From Kiritimatiellia bacterium (GTDB lineage Bacteria > Verrucomicrobiota > Kiritimatiellia > CAIVKH01), in NCBI GenBank assembly GCA_035327665.1, contig DAOLCW010000003.1, forward strand, positions 1,216-65,215: 64,000 nt of DNA, written 5' to 3'. How positions within the stretch are numbered: position 1 is the first letter of the stretch; every line of letters begins with the position of its first letter. The notes under the pieces are model-generated. The model was not told where the DNA came from. It did no database searches and worked only from the letters and a program-made list of their open reading frames with translations. The position numbers and the translations under genes were made by a program. This document shows, one piece after another, positions 63,214 through 64,000 of this stretch.

Positions 63214-64000
63214 ATGTCTTCCCCGCCCAAAGTCGGAATTTTCATTATCGCGTTTAATGCCGCATCGCATATTCAGAAAACCTTGTCCCGGATTGCTCCA
63301 GAGACCTGGGATCTGGTGGAGGAGGCGTTTATTGTCGACGATTGCAGCACGGATGAGACGGTCAATCTCGCCCTTGAGGTCAGCGCGGCCTATCCCAAGC
63401 TCCGGGTGATGCGCAACCGCACCAACCGGAGGTACGGGGGAAATCAAAAGTTTGGATATCAATATGCCATTGACCGGGGTTTGGATGTGGTGGTGATGCT
63501 GCATGCGGATGGTCAATACGCGCCGGAGGAGCTTCCCCGGATGATCGATCCACTGATCGAGGGCCGGGCCGATGTGGTGATCGGATCCCGGATGATCGAA
63601 CGGGAGAATGCGCTAAAGGGAGGAATGCCCCGGTACAAGTATCACGGGAACATCATTCTGACCTGGATCGAAAACCGGTGTTCGGGGATGAACCTTTCGG
63701 AGTTTCATTCCGGATACCGGGCCTACTCCACCGCGTTTCTCCGGCGGATTCCGTTCTGGCAAAACAGCGACGAGTGGCATTTCGATACCCAGATCCTGCT
63801 ACAGGCCCATGCGGTTGAGGCCCGCATCCATGAATTCCCGATCCCCACCTACTACGGGGATGAAATTTGCCATGTCAATGGCATCGCCTATGCCGCCAAT
63901 TGCATCGCCGAGGTGGGAAAGTTCTGGCTGCACCGCAAGGGATTGATGTATGGCCGGAATTATGATCTCAAGCGGGATCCGACCTCTCATTACACGGAAA
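63214..64000 (+). CDS. glycosyltransferase family 2 (polyprenyl-phosphate sugar synthase, DPM1/GtrB/ArnC-like); 3' end beyond the window
   Basis: Missing from the ORF track because it is open at the window edge. ATG 63214 gives MSSPPKVGIFIIAFNAASHIQKTL...IVDDCSTDET...VVMLHADGQY...GSR. Confidence 0.85.
   Translation, partial: MSSPPKVGIFIIAFNAASHIQKTLSRIAPETWDLVEEAFIVDDCSTDETVNLALEVSAAYPKLRVMRNRTNRRYGGNQKFGYQYAIDRGLDVVVMLHADGQYAPEELPRMIDPLIEGRADVVIGSRMIERENALKGGMPRYKYHGNIILTWIENRCSGMNLSEFHSGYRAYSTAFLRRIPFWQNSDEWHFDTQILLQAHAVEARIHEFPIPTYYGDEICHVNGIAYAANCIAEVGKFWLHRKGLMYGRNYDLKRDPTSHYTE

Overview
High-GC window with no rRNA, tRNA, CRISPR array, transposase or integrase that I could find. All well-supported genes except three are on the + strand.

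(1) 1-7.0 kb, metabolic and housekeeping genes: a partial Fe-S L-serine dehydratase, a ygeW (knotted carbamoyltransferase) / carbamate kinase / threonine-synthase-like trio, moaE, corA and an M48 lipoprotein protease.

(2) 7.1-24.8 kb, cell-surface island: a 1687-aa adhesin built from four repeat classes, an internally duplicated small secreted protein, a TpsB/TpsA two-partner secretion pair (3081-aa exoprotein with a ~1.3-1.5 kb super-repeat), and a small lipoprotein.

(3) 24.8 to beyond 64 kb, a ~39-kb co-directional polysaccharide locus. It holds a beta-barrel OMP, Wza-like exporter, Wzc BY-kinase, initiating phosphoglycosyltransferase and a NusG paralogue. A 758-780 nt ORF-free leader follows, then a FkbM methyltransferase, MarR/GbsR regulator, Wzy-like protein, AlgX/AlgJ-like protein, Wzm/Wzt, methyltransferases, GT4/GT2/GT-A enzymes, an SGNH hydrolase, AsnB, MBOAT, a hexapeptide acetyltransferase, a GT-C candidate and a GT2.

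The most unusual signal is in the intergenic DNA of this locus. It is filled with families of degenerate 7-8 nt word arrays (CCCGTAT-, CCTTGNN-, CACGAAG-, CGACAAAG-, TCCGTG-type). These occur as purine-rich and pyrimidine-rich inverted partners bracketing small accessory cassettes: three minimal nucleotidyltransferase genes, a four-helix-bundle rRNA-IVS-type gene, and a VapBC pair (flanked only by direct, not inverted, arrays). They also form a dispersed ~350-500 bp composite element (3 copies) and a 4-unit 140-bp tandem hairpin array. Several end flush against start codons that lack a Shine-Dalgarno sequence.

Two accessory genes carry single in-frame TAA stops. Functional readings of the repeat architecture (IVS-like RNA looping or processing versus MITE-like cassettes) are hypotheses, not demonstrated. 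A PVC-type (Verrucomicrobiota-like) origin is only my guess from gene content and repeat style.
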